From contig OX597818.1 of NCBI GenBank assembly GCA_951406725.2, positions 113,026,001 to 113,090,000 of the forward strand: 64,000 bases of DNA, read 5' to 3'. The stretch comes from Octopus vulgaris (taxonomy: Eukaryota). Below the pieces are notes generated by a model. That model ran no database searches. It had not been told where the DNA came from and saw only the letters and a program-made list of their open reading frames with translations. How positions within the stretch are numbered: the first letter of the stretch is position 1; every line of letters begins with the position of its first letter. The position numbers were made by a program, and so were the translations under genes. This document shows positions 26,823 to 41,573 of this stretch, piece by piece.

Positions 26823-28589
26823 TAATTAAATAAATGCTTTTTTATACATAAATACTCCTGGGATTTAATGAAGGAAAGTATCTAAGTTATTAAAATTTGC
26901 AAGGCATGAGGGGAAGTAGCGATATCGATTAGCTATTCCCTAGTCATACATTCTCACGCATGGATCATAAAAACACACCATTATATGATAATTTCAATAC
27001 GAACTGTAGCAGGAATATATTAGATATTATCAGATATATATTCTTTACTTTTACACGTCTCAACTGATTTTCTACCGTATTTGATCAAAATCATTATTTT
27101 GTCCTCGCTATTATTATGTTTTCCCGGGGAAATATTATATTCAATTAACTAAACATTCCATTTAATATTTAGATGTCATTATGAGATTTGAAAATAAAAC
27201 ATATCTTCATTTTCACACGAACTAAAGCATCAACCTACTATCGCATGCTGATAAACAGCATGTATCTAATGCTATTTGCATAGGAATGTCTTTTAGAGAA
27301 CACGTATACTATATATTACACCAAAGTAAACTTTTTACGAAATTCTAGAGATGTTATATAAATCTATTATTGAAGCTTTTATATCCGTTCATACTAATTA
27401 TCCGTATTCATATCGGAGAGACTTTAGAAATGTGGAACATTATAATACGATCTTCCAATTTACTAATAGTTGAGAATTTGTTCAATCCGGGAAAAGCTGA
27501 ATCAATCGTTCACACCATGGGTGTAAAAGAATGAAAAGAGGTAAACGAAATTTTAGTAAATGGTAGGTTGGAAAGAACTTCTGGTTTCATATAAATTCAT
27601 TTTTCTTGAAACTACTCACACAACATACTGCTGCTTAGTTTTATGAATTACTTTGTCAAACTCTCTTATAAATGGCCTCAAAAGTAAAAGTAATATCTAT
27701 TTTCGATTTTAACTTTTGTCTCTCCTATGCAGAAAGACCAATTAACAGACATGCCAAGTCATGAACAACGCACAACATAAGAAGTTCAGATATAGTTTAT
27801 CCAAAGATAATCTATTATTTTAATATTTTATCATTATAAACGCTAAAACAGTGGTTCCAAAAATATTCACTAACAAGGACCTTTTGTATTTAGATAAATT
27901 ATCCCGTGAATCCATAGACATTTCGAAGATGAAGAAGTTTACATTATTAGACCCAAATTTAGTTTCCCTGTTTCATCTCTGAAAGGAAAATCACCTGCAC
28001 TGAAATATGCAATTAAAGAGTAGAACGTTAGTTTTTCAACTTTTATTTAATGGTAAGATTGATTCTTGTTTTCGAATCTATGTTGTAGATTCCAGGATAT
28101 TTGTAGTTAGATATCATCCTCCACATCCAACCAGTTTCTGTAATTGGATTTTATACAAAGCATGCGAACAAAAACCTACACACAAAAATACCAGTTAAGA
28201 ATAGCATTAGATATTTCAGTTCTCCAGATATCAATTCATGCTTACACAATATTTCCACGAAGCTATTTTCTTTATTTGACGTTAAATATTTGACATTCTT
28301 AACTTTTACATCCAACAGTCCCCTAATCCAATAGTTATTGCTATCTAGAAGAGATAAGTAGTCTCTCACACTATTCTTTGACTTTAAGTGCTGAATACAA
28401 TCGTTTCTATTTCTTCAGAGAAGACACCAGGGTATTAGAAAGCACTGTAATACTGTGCTCTGCAAGCGTTCAGATCACAACGCTAACATCATAATCATGG
28501 TTTCCATTTAATCTTGAACTACGACATCATTACGGACCACTCTTGTTGGTTCAAATTTAGGTATTTCTGTAACATATATATGGGTAGGA

Positions 28590-28920
28590 AGCACTCCGTT
28601 GGTTACGACGACGAGGGTCCCTGCTGATCCGATCAACGGAACAGCTCGCTCGAGAGATTAACGAGCAAGTAGCTCATCACTCCACAGACACGCGTACCCC
28701 TTTTGTTTACACATTTCTCGGGGAAAAACAGTGTGACACGGAGTGTGACAAGGCTGGCCCCTTGAAATACAGGAGATGCTGATATTTGCCAGCTAAGTGG
28801 ACTGAAGCACCGTGAAATAAAGAGTGTCTTGCTCAAGGACACAACGCACCGCCGAGAATCGAACTCGCGAACCTACGATCGTGAGCTGAATACTCTAACC
28901 ACAAAGCTCACATACCTTCA
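28590..28920 (-). mobile_element. SINE family C body with a variant tRNA-like head
   Basis: gcactccgttggttacgacgacgagggt..ggctggccccttgaaatacagg, then gtcttgctcaaggacacaac..gaatcgaactc. Confidence 0.75.
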
Positions 28921-29754
28921 CATATATATATACCAGCTGAGTGTATATATACACTCACTCCTCTGGGATGATCACACACACGGTAAATGCGGAGACGTAT
29001 TTCTAATGTGATAGACTATGGCCTCGAGAATAAGCAATCAGCTATTAATGGGGGAATGTCCGTTCCCTCATAAATAGCGCTGAAATACGAGAATTTAATG
29101 GCTGAGGACTTATACATTTCACTGTTTTTACTGCTTACCTTAATGTTGTCTTCAGTTTCCCCGACGAGCTTCTGGCTGTCATTGTATCTCTGTATTTAGC
29201 AATGAGAATTTTAGGCATTTAGTATTATTGAATATTCGGATTGATTCCAGTGTCTTTTTTCCAATATTAAAGGAGCCCCGTCACAAATTGCTCCAGCTTA
29301 TTTTGAACACAATTTCGTTTAAATAATAGAATCGTTCAAGCTATCAAACACAGATTCATCGCTAAATGCCTTAACAATGAATGGTAAAGCAGAATTTTTT
29401 TTTCAGCTATAGTTTAATTAGATTCAATAAAAACTGTCATACTCAGAAATATTCGTACTTTCATCTAAATGTCAGGAAGGGTATTCACCTTTAAGCATGC
29501 ATTTCACTGACTGATTCTTTACATTGTCAGTCGTATTTTGTGTTCGCGGAGTTAGAGTGTTTTTTGTTAAGGAAATCACATCACAAATCCTAGCTATTCT
29601 CTATCTGTGCATTCAAGACATAATTGCATTTGGAACCGGTAGAATCAGTTTCCCTTAAGTGATATCTTCAATACCATACGATGCAAACATCATCACAGAC
29701 AGCGACTATTTTCTTTATTGACTTTCCTCTTGAAAGTTGTTCTTGTCGTGTGGT

Positions 29755-29891
29755 TATGACCACATGGTTCCGGTTTCAGTCCCACTGCGTGGCACCTTGG
29801 GAAAGTGTCTTCTACTATAGCCTCGGGCCGACCAAAGCCTTGTGAGTGGATTTGGTAGACGGAAACGGAAAGAAGCCCGTCATACATTTGT

Positions 29892-29923
<32 letters not shown>

Positions 29924-30162
29924 TTATATGCGTGTGTGTGTATGTGCTTATGATTGTGTATGTGTTTGTCCCCCCTACATCACTTGAAAACGGATGCCGG
30001 TGTGTTTACGTCCCTGTTACTTAGCGGTTCAGGAAGACAGATCGATAGAATAAGTACTAGGCTTACAAGGAATAAGTCCAGGGGTCGATATGTTCGACTA
30101 AAGGCAGTGTTCCAGCATGACCGCAGTCAAATGAATGAAACATGTGAAAGAATAAAAGAATA
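29755..30162 (+). mobile_element. SINE family A
   Basis: cacatggttccggtttcagtcccactgcgtggcaccttggg through the tail. Confidence 0.85.
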
Positions 30163-30179
30163 ACCTTGTTTATAGTTTT

Positions 30180-30402
30180 CCTTTCTTTATCCTCTTATTT
30201 GTTTCAGTTATTTGACTGCGGCTCTACTGGAGCTCCGCTTCTAATCGAACATATCGACCCAAGGACTTAGCATTTGTAAGCCTAGTACTTACTCTTTTCG
30301 TTCTCTAGGGTTCGATGACGTAAACACACCGACATCGGTTGTCAAGCGGTGGTAGTGGACAGAACAGTCAGACACACACATGCAGATATATATATATATG
30401 TG

Positions 30403-30463
<61 letters not shown>

Positions 30464-30546
30464 GTATATATAGACATATGTATATATATACATATGTATA
30501 TACATATATATATATATACATATTTATATATATATAAACATACATA

Positions 30547-30597
<51 letters not shown>

Positions 30598-30726
30598 TTA
30601 TATTTATATACTACGCTATAACGTCGTACCCTGCTCCGTCTGCCACAATTACTGAAAATCGGAATTTATCCCTTTTAGATTTACATTGCGTATTGACGCC
30701 TTTGTTATTTCGCACGCACCCCCACA

Positions 30727-30779
<53 letters not shown>

Positions 30780-30927
30780 GACGGATTACTTTCAGCTTCC
30801 GTCTACCAAATCCACAGACAAGGCATTAGTAAGCCTGCAGCTATATTAGAAACAATTGAAGTGCTACTCACTGAGACCGAATTGAGAATCGTGTGGTTCG
30901 GAATGAAGCTTCTTACCGCACAGCCAT
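30180..30927 (-). mobile_element. SINE family A pieces (tail 30180-30380, head 30780-30927) separated by expanded (TA)n
   Basis: Reverse-complement matches to both halves. Confidence 0.6.
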
Positions 30928-31436
30928 ACAAGTTATATAGAAATTTCCATTCACAATGGCTTCCTCTTATGCGGTGAATAATTACTAAGATATCTGTAGC
31001 AGAGAGAGTTTATTCACGTATCACGAACTGAAACTAATCAAACGTCGTCATTCACATTAATGGTGTCCAAAAATATGTATCGTCATTATGCATTGTAGTC
31101 AGTTTTTACGTCAGTGTGCGCACGTCGGAATGCCCTATAAAGCGTCACTACTATGCAGTAGTCATAGAAACAGTTTAATACGTATGACTAATAAACGCTC
31201 TGAAATGAAGCATACATTCAAGTGATTCTTGCTTTCACACCGAAATATAAATATATTTCTAGTCCCCATCAGCAACATATTGCTAAGTAGCTAAACACAT
31301 AGGTGGGCAATAGATAGTTAGATACACGAAATATGGGTAGGTAGAGACACGAAATAGGTGTCAAAATCTCTATCTCTGTGAGTCTCTGTGGGTATACCTC
31401 TCTGTCTCTCTGGGTATAACTTGTTGGTATTTATAT

Positions 31437-31667
31437 CGGCAAGCTGGCAGAAACGTTAGCACGCCGGGCGAAATGCTTAGTGGTATTTCGTCTGCCGTTA
31501 CGTTCTGAGTTCAAATTCCGCCGAGGTCGACTTTGCCTTTCATCCTTTCGGGGTCGATTAAATAAGTACCAGTTACGCATTGGGGTCGGTATTATCTACT
31601 TAATCCGTTTGTCCGTCCTTGTTTGTCCACTCTGTGTTTAGCCCCTTGTGGGTAATAACGAAATAGA
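31437..31667 (+). mobile_element. SINE family B, near-intact
   Basis: Full head, body and tail; flanked by the short direct repeat tatttatatcgg. Confidence 0.9.
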
Positions 31668-31931
31668 TATTTATATCGGATGCTATATATATTTGGCGTT
31701 ATGTATATGTGTGTGTGTGTGTGTGTCTGCGTGTGTGTGTATACATACATACATTTCTTTTATTCTTTTATTTGTTTCAGTCATTTGACTGTTGCCATGT
31801 TGGAGCACTGCCTTTAGTGGAACGGATCGATCCCTGAGCTTATTTTTTGTAACTCTAGTACTTATTCTATCGGTAAGTTGAAATTTACACACACACTAAC
31901 ACACACACTAACACACATACACACACACACG

Positions 31932-31963
<32 letters not shown>

Positions 31964-33060
31964 CACACACATACGACCGCGTGTGTACCGTTGGCGATTT
32001 TTTTTCCTCCGATCTTATTTGAATGGGCGTGACTTACATTTTACTTATATACCAATTGCGCTGAATAAAGATCGCTCGTGGTAATATCCATCACCAATCT
32101 GTCTTAAAATTTGATGTTCATGTCGGGAACGCTTTTAATTATCAGGGTTAATGGGTTACATAGCTTTTTGACATCATACATTTATTTTGATTCTCTTGTC
32201 TCTTCCATATTAATCTCCAAGAATACTGTAATTTTGGATCGGATGTACATTATACTAGTGTAGATTCCCATCTTACTTTACTAGAGTTATTCAGTCAACT
32301 ACAGCAACAATTAATCCGCAAGACGTAATCACTATTATCATCCCCTGTAATCACACAGAGATTTAAATCGATATGAATTCAAGTAATGATACGAGGAAGA
32401 CAAAAGCATATGGCCGCATACGGTTGGCATTTTATAGATTTGGTTTACTAAAATATTACCATTCCTTGTTATGCAACAGAAAATACATTCATACAATTTC
32501 TTCAACTATTCCCTTTCAAGAAGCGATTTATTTCATGGACGGATTAAAAAGTTTGGATTACACCTGGACGTTAATCTGATCAAACGTACTTTTCTCTTTG
32601 TGTACCAACTGCTCTTTCCTAACAGATTCTATGAGTATAATATCGCAGGCAGGAAATTTAACCATCTACCTGCGATTTAAAGAATATATATATATATTTG
32701 TTAAATTTTAATTTATATAAATTATTTTATGTATTGGCTTAAGTCTTTCTTTGTTTGATTTGCATAATAGTGGTTTTGTCTCTAATTTATTATAATATAT
32801 ATATATATATGTGTGTATATACATAATTTAGAGGACTAACCACTAGAAAAATGGACAGCCTATATGCTAGATATAGACGTCAAAATCGACATTTTCCACG
32901 AAGAATGTATTCTCAAAAAAAGATTTCAGCAAAAAAAGCATAGAAAACTGAAAATATACGAAATTCGGAAAAAAATCTTCGGATGTTTTTTTCAAATATG
33001 CTAAGCCACTGGTTTTAATTGATTAATATCAATTTCTACCCTTATTTAGTTTTAAATATT

Positions 33061-33095
<35 letters not shown>

Positions 33096-33879
33096 CCACG
33101 TGCGGTCAACACAACTTCACCATTTATTGATTTATATATATATATATATATATTGATTCGGCATTATTTAGACTAAAGTTTTGTAGGTTTCCTACCGAAA
33201 CATAGCTCGTTCTGGTTCAAATTACGGAATGGAAAATTGCAGAGGTCCAAGGTGGCCACTGGATTACCCAGACGGCTACTAGAAAATAGGCTGTTATTCG
33301 TCAAGATGGGTCACATGGGGGTGTTAGGAAATGGTTTAGAAATGAGCACTGCTTGTAACGCTTGGTTGTACAGAAAACTGATGGCGACTTGATGTCTGAG
33401 CAACCTCTGAATGAAATTGTAATCCGTGAGAGAGAGAAAGACAGAGAGAGAGAAAGAGAGGGAGAGAAAGAGAGGGAAGGGGAGCATGTGTGTATGTGTG
33501 TACGTGTCTGTGTGTGTGTGTGTGTTACCTTAGTGACTGCTGTATAAACATGAGTTCGCGAAATTGCTCATTTCGCTACGACAAGCGCTCTTGGGATGAC
33601 TTCTTCTTAGCACTGAGTTTTGAAACACCTGGAAGTCATAGAGAGGCAATTCAGTTCATCCCCAGTTCGATTCATGTACCTCATATTTATATGCCACAAA
33701 ACATGACGAACTTTCAATAGGCATCACTCCTGAATGTGATCCGAGGCGCGTTGTCTCGCCTGTCTATGACGTTCAGGTGTTTTAACCCCTAGTGCTATGT
33801 AGGAGAGGTCCTCAAAGGACTGAGCGTCAGGGAACCGGCGAGTGAGCAAAATATAAATTGAATGTGAGACCGACAAATA

Positions 33880-34086
33880 TTCTTTTCTGCTCTAAGCACA
33901 AGGCCTGAAGTTTTGGGAGAGGGGCCAGTCGATTAGATTGACCCCAGTACGCAACTGGTACTTAATTTATAGACCCCGAAAGGATGAAAAGCAAAGTCGA
34001 CCTCGGCGTAATTTGAAGCCAGAGTGTTAAGGCTGACGAAATACTGTATTTCGCCCGCCGTGCTAACATTTCTGCCAGTTCGCCGC
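33880..34086 (-). mobile_element. SINE family B with the alternative tail
   Basis: Same core; tail ggcccctctcccaaaacttcaggccttgtgc. Confidence 0.8.
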
Positions 34087-35917
34087 CTGAGACCAACAAA
34101 TTCTAATTCATATTTCAAAGCACACACATGCACACAGACACAGCACATAGACGTACAGAACATATGCACACATATGTGTGTGGGAGTGTGAACATCTATA
34201 TATATATATTTAATGTCCGTGTGTGTGTGTGTGCGTATGTGTTCACTCTGGGACCTCAACTGTAAAATCTCTGGAATGTTTTACATATTTTTAATGTATC
34301 TCTAATTGACTGCATTTGGAAGACGCTATTTAACTTCGTCCCTTCAATGTGTATGCATATAACTATGAATGTGTATGGGTATATATAAATACACGTATTT
34401 ATAGAAGCGGTAAATATATATTTACATTTGCTGACATAATTTTATCTTCATGAAACGAAAATAAAGACGAACGAAAGTTGAAAGCAGAGCAACATTCGAA
34501 AACTGCTTTTCTTTGTTGACGTCTCAATATAAATGTTTCAAGATTGTACTTCTTTGACCCCTGGCTAACGGGGACTTTTTCTTTTACATTTGTTTAACAC
34601 TTATATTTGAATATTATTAGCCCGATGTGGAAATTTAATCTAAGATGCTTCCCCCGTTATTTTCACTGTCCAATAAGTACTTTCGTGTATTCTGATCTTG
34701 TGATATCGAAAGAAAATCAATTCGATATTAGTATCATATATCGATTTAGTAATGTGAAAGCCATCATTGGTAAACATGTTTACGTCTCTTTTCATGAGGA
34801 AACTATTCATGTAATTAAAAAGCCAACATGAATAATTGCTTCAAAACAATTTGCGATTTTTATTGTAGTAGCTTCCACATTCAACACACACCTGTTCACT
34901 AACTCCCAAAATCTACATCACGGTAAGTTACTCAGTGTTGACCAGAACACATTGCTGTATATTCGATCGCCATTAAACCCCTACTTCTGAATTTTGATAA
35001 TATGTATCGGCTGATCACGTAATTTCGAAGATGTGCACAAATTTATTGTTAGATCTTAGTTACAAGACATAAACGAGGAAGTATTGTCAGGGTTTGTGCT
35101 TGGCGTAACTATATCTATATCCGAGTATTTACGAAGGACGATTAGATTTAATTCTCATCAGAGGTAACCCTTTGAAGTTACTACATAGAGCCACATCAGT
35201 CTTAACTGATCTGAGCAGTATCCAGATTGGATAATGAACCGTTACAAAATTTAATGTTTGATAATGTATATGCGTAAGTTACGTTATTTAAAGATCCTCA
35301 TACGACGCAGATATATCCATATAAGTAAGAGTCTCTACATTCAAATTTAAATTCTAAATGGATTATATAAAGAAAGAAGCTTTAATATTCAGTTACACAG
35401 TAAAGAGGATAGGCGATTGAGCCATTCAGGAAAAAGGGCAAGTTATTTCAAAATGTCGGTATCAAATTTTCATTTTCTACATTCATATCTATACACGCAC
35501 ATAGACCATACACAGACACAGATGCATAAGTCGAACTAGGGCAGAGCCACACCAAAACATACAGCCCCAGCAAATACTTTTAAACATACTTATACGCACA
35601 CACAAACACAAGCACATACACACACACACACATACAAAATCATCTGGGTAACAATCACACAATGTGCATCTAAAAACTCTTTTTATCGTTATTGACTATA
35701 GCGTACCAATATACATCAAGTTTATTTTCTGAGTTCTGCAAATTTGAGGGTCTCCGTTAGTAATGATATGAGAATTAAAAATCAGGGACTTAAAGCTCGA
35801 GCAACGACACATAAACAAATGTTGTAATTTGTAATTAAAGCTGTTTCTCCATCTCTCTCTTCCTATCTATCTCTATCTCTCTATCTCTCTTTTCCTCACT
35901 CTCTATCTCTGTCTTTC

Positions 35918-36079
35918 TCAGGAGTTGCTGTTTGGTAAGTAGCTTGCTTATTAATCCCATGGTTCTGCGTTCAGTCCCACTGCGTGGCACCTTGGGCAAA
36001 TGTCCTATAGTAAACCCCCGGGCAGACCAAAGCCTTGTGAATGGATTTGGTAAAAGGAAGCTGAAAGAAACCAGTCGTA

Positions 36080-36139
<60 letters not shown>

Positions 36140-36318
36140 TGTATGTGTGTTTTGTCCCCCCACCATCGCTTGACAACCGATGTTGGTGTGTTTTACGTCC
36201 CCGATAGAATAAGTACCTGGCATACATAGAATAAGTCCTGGGGTCATTTTGTTCGACTGAAGGTGGTTCTCCAGCATGGCTGAATTGAAATAACTGAAAC
36301 AAATAAAAGAATAAAAGA
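35918..36318 (+). mobile_element. SINE family A
   Basis: Colinear with the adjacent 36388 copy, with an internal deletion. Confidence 0.85.
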
Positions 36319-36387
36319 ATATATATATGTGCATTCATGCATAAACATGTATGCATATATGTACAGGTATATATATATAGTTATATA

Positions 36388-36805
36388 GGCGCAGGAGTGG
36401 CTGTGTGGTAAGTAGTTTGCTAACCAACCACATGGTTCCGGGTTCAGTCCCACTGCGTGGCACCTTGGGCAAGCGTCTTCTGCTATAGCCCCGAGCTAAC
36501 CAATGCCTTGTGAGTGGATTTGGTAGACGGAAACTGAAAGAAGCCCGTCGTATATATGTATATGTATATATAAGTATGTGTGTATATGTTTGTGTGTTTG
36601 TGTTTGTCCCCCTAGCATTGCTTGACAACCGATGCTGGTGTGTTTACGTCCCCGTCACTAAGCGGTTCGGCAAAAGAGACCGATAGAATAAGTACTGGGC
36701 TTACAAAGAATAAGTCCCCGGGTCGATTTGCTCGACTAAAGGCGGTGCTCCAGCATGGTCGCAGCCAAATGACTGAAGCAAGTAAAAGAGTAAAAGAGTA
36801 CAAGA
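36388..36805 (+). mobile_element. SINE family A, best copy
   Basis: tRNA-like head (tggctgtgtggt A box, gggttcagtccc B box), ccttgggcaag CORE-like motif, (gtaaaaga)n tail. Confidence 0.9.
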
Positions 36806-36823
36806 GTATATATATATATATAC

Positions 36824-36875
<52 letters not shown>

Positions 36876-36901
36876 GGATATAGATATAGATATATATACA
36901 C

Positions 36902-36936
<35 letters not shown>

Positions 36937-37896
36937 TGTATGTATGTATGTATGTATGTATGTATGTATATGCGCATTTGTGCGTGTCTTTGTAATTATG
37001 TGAGCGCGCGTGTGTAAGACCTAAACATTTACTGTATCATTAACGTTCATCATTCCGGTCTGTCTGGTGTTAATTTTGTGTACGAAATATTATAATCACG
37101 AAACCAATAACTACGTTCTCTTCTATATTTCTGAATTCTGTTACGTTCTTAGATACGAAGTCTAATTTTAGCCTAAGCCGATTTCACTAACAATACAAAC
37201 TATGAGGAAACGGCTTGAAAACTGCTTGAAAAACAGTCGGCTCCTTTCTCGCAACACTTCTAACTGTGCTGCGCAGGTGCAGGGAAATACAGAAATCAAA
37301 TGACTACTCACTAAAATAGCATTAAATTTCACACTATTAATTCTTGAGTCTATGCAAACTTTTATGTAAACAAGCCAGCGCTTCAAATGGGTCACTAAGG
37401 CGTTAATGGCAGCAGAGTAGAACGATGACTGTGTAACCATGAGCAAAATGAAAGACAACATTCTTTTATAAATAAAACAGCTAGCAAGATAACACTAACC
37501 TCCACTTCCCGATTCACCACTTCTTCTTCCTCTATATCTCTCTCCTTATCACTCTCAATATTTCTTCATCGAATCATTTTCTTTCATTATATTTGAATCG
37601 TTTCACCACTTCGATTTTTCCTTTATGGTTTCCTTGATATCTCCATCACTTCCCCTCCTCCTCGGAGATTCTTATCCCCCACTTCGCACTCTCTCTTTCT
37701 CTTTCTCTCTCTCCTTCTCTCTCCAATTCTCTCTTTCCGTTATATCTCTACATGTCTAATATTGACTCTGCTCTCTTTCCATTTGTTATCACTCCCCACA
37801 TTTATATCTTCCTATAAGTGTTCCAATGAATCTGTCTTCATCACGCAGAAGCAGATACATGCAAAGGAAGATGCACACACATACACACACACACAT

Positions 37897-37932
<36 letters not shown>

Positions 37933-38055
37933 GCACACGCGCACACACATACGCTCACACACGTGCATATATACAAACATTGAATATATACAAGCTTACA
38001 CATTCATTTATATGTCTACATGTCCGTGCGATGTATATCATATACACGAAGGGGT

Positions 38056-38151
38056 GTGCTGCGCCTCTGTATATATCAATACACAGATAAAGACAGACGT
38101 GTATATATATATATATGCATGTGCGTATCTCTCTGTCCCTCTGTGTCTCTG

Positions 38152-38190
<39 letters not shown>

Positions 38191-38279
38191 TTCACTAAAT
38201 ATGTGTTTGTGTACGCATCTATCTCAACATATCTCTCTGTGCTGCGCCTCTGTATATCAATACACAGATAAAGAGAGAC

Positions 38280-38329
<50 letters not shown>

Positions 38330-38422
38330 GTGCGTATCTCTCTGTTTCTCTCGCTCTCTCTCTCTCTTTCCTTCTCTAAATATGTGTGTGTGTGTACGTA
38401 TCTCTCTCAACATATCTCTCTG
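38056..38422. repeat. Tandem duplication of a ~183 bp unit (2 copies)
   Basis: gtgctgcgcctctgtatat..caatacacagataaaga..ctcaacatatctctct occurs twice. Confidence 0.85.
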
Positions 38423-39000
38423 CTTATTTAACCCCCTCTCTGTGTTTCTTTCATTCTTTTCTGCTTCCCACGTTCGATATTAAATTGCTCTTTGAACTAC
38501 GCCATGCATGGCGTTTATTATTCATAGTTTCTGGCTTTCTTCCAACAGAGGTCATAACTTTGAATCAGCGATAAAAGCAATTTGTTCGAAGCAAAAGTGT
38601 GTACACTATATCAATCTTTCTAATATAGTACATTCTGAGAACCTCACATAAAGACATCTTTAAACTATCAAACTTTACAAGATTCGATTAGTTTTGATGC
38701 CATGATATTTTTCTTTTGTAATATTTTTTTCCATAATCATGATATGTGGCTATCAAATATGTAGCATGTATTTGACTGATTAATCGATAAAATTCAAACA
38801 AAATTCTCTTACTAAGAGATACGGAATGATAGATTCTGATCTTAATCTTTTAAACAATAGGCTTTCTCTATTTAATTACATATTTATTAAATAATAAATA
38901 TTGTATATTTGTACTTCACATACGCACCCACCCACTGATACACTCACACACACACTCACACGCACACACATACACACACATACACACACAGACACACACA

Positions 39001-39103
<103 letters not shown>

Positions 39104-39681
39104 GTATAGGCAGTTTCTATATCTAACTCTATTCGCTTCTTTTTATGAAATATGACTGCTCACACGTTGTGAATGAAATATTTTTATTTGTTTATGAAAT
39201 TACTTCGATATAGTTTAAACAAGAGAAAACAATTACTTATGTACGGCTATTATATATATGGTCTCTCAATCGCATAACAGAGGGAGTATATAATATTAGA
39301 TGACGTATTTACTGTAAAGAATTATGCACAATGCTTGTGAGGCTGAGGTCATTTAATTAAATTTAGTGCTTTATTTCGTGAGAATCGAATAAAGGTTCAT
39401 GGCATTTACAAATCTCTCCGGTTGGTGAACTTATGTATACAAGGCAATGGAATACATATCTGAAGATGTATGACTGTATGAAAGGCGTTTGAATGGAGAC
39501 TTGCATTAAAAGTCGAAAGTATTCGATCACGAGTAAACAAGGCCTATATCGCAGTGAAACCAGTGGAGTAGTTTGTAGAAAAATGCAATGTACAGAGTTA
39601 CTCATTGTTTATTCTGCTTGGCATTGCAATGATGTGGGAAAATCTCCCGGCCTTCTGATTGTTAGTTACCTCTACTTAGTA

Positions 39682-40233
39682 TTGGGTTGTCCGGAAAGTT
39701 CGTACTGATTTACAGTACCTTAACTTTCGACTTATTTTAGAACATGTTTGAGTCCATAAAATAGGATTTGACTACATCTCCATCATTTAGAGCACAGTTT
39801 AAGCTATCTTTTCGTGGAAGAAAGTTTATGTTCCTATAACCTGTGTTAATTCTGTAACCCTTTAAATTGAAAGATAAGAAAGTTCATTTTTGGCACTTGA
39901 TGCTTTTCTTTTTCCGTAAAGGGAAAACTGCCTCACAAGCAACCAAAGAAATATGCGCAGTTTACGGTGATGTTTCTTCATCTGAAAGAACTGAACGGAA
40001 GTGGTCCGCAAGGTTCCGAGCAGGTGATTGTAGCCTTATTGATGAAGAGCGATCAGACAGACCATCCACTACAGAGGATGACCAAATCAAGTTATTCATT
40101 GAGAATAACCCACATTGCTCAAATCGAGAATTAGCAGAAAGCCTTCACACATCAGAATCCGTCGTTCATGAGCACCTGTTAAAGCTTGGGTAAAGGCAAG
40201 TATTAATTGGCTCGAACTTTCCGGACAACTCAG
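39682..40233 (+). mobile_element. Internally deleted mariner element
   Basis: TIRs ttgggttgtccggaaagttcg / cgaactttccggacaactcag flanked by TA. Confidence 0.9.
39867..40193 (+). pseudogene. Mariner transposase N-terminal DNA-binding (HTH) region
   Basis: HFWHLMLFFFRKGKTASQATKEICAVYG..RKWSARFRAGDCSLIDEERSDRP..RELAESL; catalytic domain absent. Confidence 0.88.
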
Positions 40234-40767
40234 TACATTAGAAGATGTTCTTTCGAGTACATGATATCTGGGGCTTAAGATTTTCAGAATTGCTTGTTTT
40301 TGTTTCCCTAAGGAATAAGAAGTGGGTTATCGTGGATATGACATCGGTCTCAAATGCAATTGAAAAATGGTATTTAATTCTTCCCGGCCTATATTTATTG
40401 TACAAGAATTGGTAACAGAGAGTGATTATGTTATTCGAAACGCTTCGGGTGACATTGTCAGGTGACTCCAGACATATGTTCGTTTAAAATGAAGGTAGGA
40501 TCATGAATCAAACTTCTTCCACCTCAAAGACTCGATGAAACCTTAGTCTTCTCAAAATAAGCTTTCATTCATGTCTTTAATCAACAACATAAAATATTTT
40601 TCTTAAACGATCATTCGTCTCGATAATCATCTGCCCTACTAACCTACCACACACACACACACACAAACACACATATCTGTCTGTCTATCTATTTAACTGT
40701 CTATCTATTTATATATACATCTATCTATTTATCTATCTATCTATCTATCTATATATATATATATATA

Positions 40768-41176
40768 GTAAAGAAAAATAAGTTGGCTAGCAGCAAGCTG
40801 TTTCGCCTCATACCGAAGGAATTAGAAATGGCAGTCAAAGACCGTTTTTTCCATTTCTATAAGTGGAGGTTCCAAAAACGAAGGCCCTTGCGGCTCACAT
40901 ACACAAAACCGGAGTGGCAAATACACGAATTCAGTCACTTACCGTTAATAGCGGACACGGTGTTTCTGGATCACAAACATATAAAAAAAAAAGGGTGAGT
41001 TTGAATTCCTTCATCAGCGCTATATTCGTTAGCTTTATCAAATGCTACCAACCCTCACTTCTGACCCAGCGACATCAGATAGTGGGGGGAAGTGCGCAGA
41101 TGTTAAAACCAAGTAAACGACTGGGAACGTAAATTTTCCCTCCAAAATTCTGCCATGCGCGCCTTCTGGGTAATCG

Positions 41177-41178
<2 letters not shown>
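40768..41178 (-). mobile_element. ~410 bp non-coding (TA)n-bounded element carrying an HHR
   Basis: GC-richer island between (TA)n tracts; no recognisable ORF. Confidence 0.6.
40948..41023 (-). ncRNA. Type I hammerhead ribozyme
   Basis: atagcg-CTGATGA-a-gga..caaac..gtttg..tcc-a-GAAA-cac c gtg-TC-cgctat. Confidence 0.75.
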
Positions 41179-41222
<44 letters not shown>

Positions 41223-41371
41223 TTAGAGATAAAACCACTATTAGGCAAATCAAACAGTGAAAAACATAAACCAAAACATAGAAATAAAATTAATTAATTA
41301 ATATAATATACAAAAAATATATAAAATATAAAATTCAAAATTTAGATTATTAAATTTAAAGTTAAAATTTA

Positions 41372-41453
<82 letters not shown>

Positions 41454-41473
41454 AGAGAGAGAGAGAGAGAGAG

Positions 41474-41573
<100 letters not shown>

